Shown here: piece by piece, positions 62,107 through 64,000 of the stretch
How the letters are laid out: each line of letters starts with the position of its first letter
Position numbering within the stretch: position 1 is the stretch's first letter
Source: Oikopleura dioica
Taxonomy: Eukaryota; Animalia; Chordata
Length of the DNA: 64,000 nucleotides
Direction: 5' to 3'
NCBI GenBank assembly: GCA_907165135.1
Contig: OU015566.1
Span: 10,230,001 to 10,294,000 of the forward strand
Translations under genes and position numbers: made by a program
Notes under the pieces: model-generated
The model's database searches: none
What the model was told of the DNA's origin: nothing
What the model saw: only the letters and a program-made list of their open reading frames with translations

Positions 62107-64000
62107 TTACATGTTTACTTTAAAAACAGCGACTTCATCGAGGGACTCATCAAATTCTACGCCCTGCCTTGGACTTGAAGCCGTGGCTGAGTACTTGTCG
62201 AGCTCGATCTGGACATTGATAACTTGGACTATTGAGCCATCGTTAGCTACTTTTCGGTCGACGTAGTGGGCGAAAGATGTCGCTCGTTTTGGAGAAGCAC
62301 CTTTTTTGGTTTCAAATATGACGTTTCGAGTTACTAAGTCTTATGATTTTGAAACAATCCTGTCTCGCGTATAAGTCGATGAATAAATTCTAGTTCTGCT
62401 AGCTCTGGCGCGGATTCAAAGTCTTGCAAGAATTCATGACTTCTTTCTTGTTCACGAAATTCTTCTTGGGAGGCGTTTGAGTATCTTTCGAAATCATCGT
62501 CTGGGCAAATTTCATTGACTGAACAATCTACTGATCCTGGGACTTCTTAGTGTTAAAAATGATCTATTCGAGAATTTTAGTTCTTTTGAGAATTTTTAAC
62601 ACTTGTCTGCCAGGGAGTGAGATCTTCCCCCTTGAGTCTGTCTTCTGTACCTCCTGAACCTTTCCAGTCGTCTTCTTGAGGCGAATCTGCGCTGTAAATG
62701 TCTTTTGCTATGTTATCAAATTTTAACCCACTTGCGTAAAATTCCAGCATAAACATCGCGCTGGACTTGGACTTTATTCAAAGCTAATGATAACATTTCT
62801 TGCAACAGGTTCGTCTTCCAGTGCTCTTAGTGCCGGAATTCTTGATGGCCGAGTAGCATCATTGAGTGAGTTCGGCATTGCCATATGAAAATCATCACTT
62901 TCCCATTCAGAATCGTCCTCGTCCGGTAATGGCGGCAGCATTTCTTCCGTTGAGCGTTGTCTGCTGTGATGTGCGCAGCCGCTGCGGTTGATTTTTCATT
63001 ATTCGAGAATTTATCAAAAAGAAAAATTGCCAACCTTGTTGAAGGACCTGGATTTGGTGAAAGCGGATTCGTAGCAGGAAGAGGCGTTGGTGGAATATCA
63101 TCTGCCGGACATGAGTTTTCCCTGAAGAACATTCCATAAACTCGACAGCAAAAAATTGGCTTATGTAAGCGCAGGGACGGAAAACAAATGTTTAAGGAGG
63201 TGACCTGCGAAAGTTTGCCGGGCAAACCTTTTATCCGAAAGTAAACGGTCACATTTCTTTCTCGAAAAAGTTATTTGGTTTTCCCATTTTTCAAGTGCCG
63301 GAAAAACGAACCTCTGAAAGTGTTGCTGCGAATGCTCGTATGATGGAGGTCGATCGGCCATGCGAGCAGACATGACTGAGCAAACTTCTGGGCAGCCGAA
63401 CTCATCGCTAGGAGAACTTGTTAAAAGGAAAGAAGAAAAGGTCGTTGAACTTACCCGTAGCTTGATTCACGGTAGCCAACTGGAGCCATTGTCTTTTTGA
63501 AGTCAGTATAAATGCCGTACAAGTGCTGAATCGCGATCCACATCAAAAGCCCCGTTGACGTAACTCCTAGTTCAAAAACGTTGATGACTGGCTATTGTCG
63601 TATTAACTAACCTAGTGCTGCTAAACAAATCGTAATCAACTGTTCGTTGTGGAGAAATCCTCCTCTTTCCGACTCGTCTTCTTTCTTTTCCGCCTTAGAA
63701 TTGTCTTTTTCTTCGCCTTTTTCTTCATAATTATTTGAGAAATCAGCCGACTTGAGAATCGGCCTGGGTACTGCAATATTTCCGCCATGAGCTTTCCCAT
63801 CGTTTTCTCCCGCTGAAAATCAGAATTACATTTTCGGAGAAATTACGATACACAATCACAAATGCAAACACAAAAGTAGGCTATAATCTCCTTGATAGCG
63901 CGGTGGGAGAGCAAAAGCGATAAAGGGAGAAGAGAAGTCCCACGCTGAGGCGCGCATCTGGGTAGAGATGGCCATCGACCTCGGTGCTGGATGACCTGGG
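62107..64000 (-). CDS. Partial single-pass membrane protein gene (5' end beyond the window)
   Basis: Spliced in-frame exons give ...LITICLAALG/GVTSTGLLMWIAIQHLYGIY... (TM), then a cytoplasmic PPSY motif and acidic low-complexity exons. Stop at about 62107. Confidence 0.55.

Noticed and set aside
1-64000. Prokaryotic or viral defence/mobile system
   Set aside because: All recognisable genes are intron-containing eukaryotic genes; the Argonaute is eukaryotic AGO-clade, not a prokaryotic pAgo.

Overview
Eukaryotic, gene-dense genomic DNA with many very short (about 40-80 nt) introns. Inferred (not proven) to be the larvacean tunicate Oikopleura dioica or a close relative, from intron sizes, GA-AG/GG-AG introns, AG acceptors directly before ATGs and a tight co-oriented gene cluster. 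Genes from left to right: pyrroline-5-carboxylate reductase (+), a secreted PLA2-like Cys-rich protein (-), POGLUT2/3 (KDELC; -), an orphan 3-exon gene (-), a secreted Cys-rich protein (+) whose coding exon is split by a 744-bp foldback MITE, then a minus-strand cluster Argonaute > ELP4 > HCCS > SUFU > SF3B2 > UXT that looks like a trans-spliced operon. After that come KLF15-like (-), a RING-finger/coiled-coil gene (-), SIN3 (-), tRNA-Glu(TTC) (-), a gp130-like cytokine receptor (+) and a partial single-pass membrane protein gene (-). Most notable: (1) the Argonaute keeps its guide-binding residues but lacks the slicer residues, and a ~98%-identical 285-bp inverted repeat sits 51 bp upstream of its ATG, plausibly inside its first intron; (2) a 3.1-kb hAT-type non-autonomous element (8-bp TSD, ~230-bp TIRs) is filled with ~43 copies of a 56-bp hairpin-forming repeat; (3) several TTAA-targeting MITEs are present, one inside a coding exon. 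All gene models were assembled by eye, so exon boundaries are approximate. No database searches were run.
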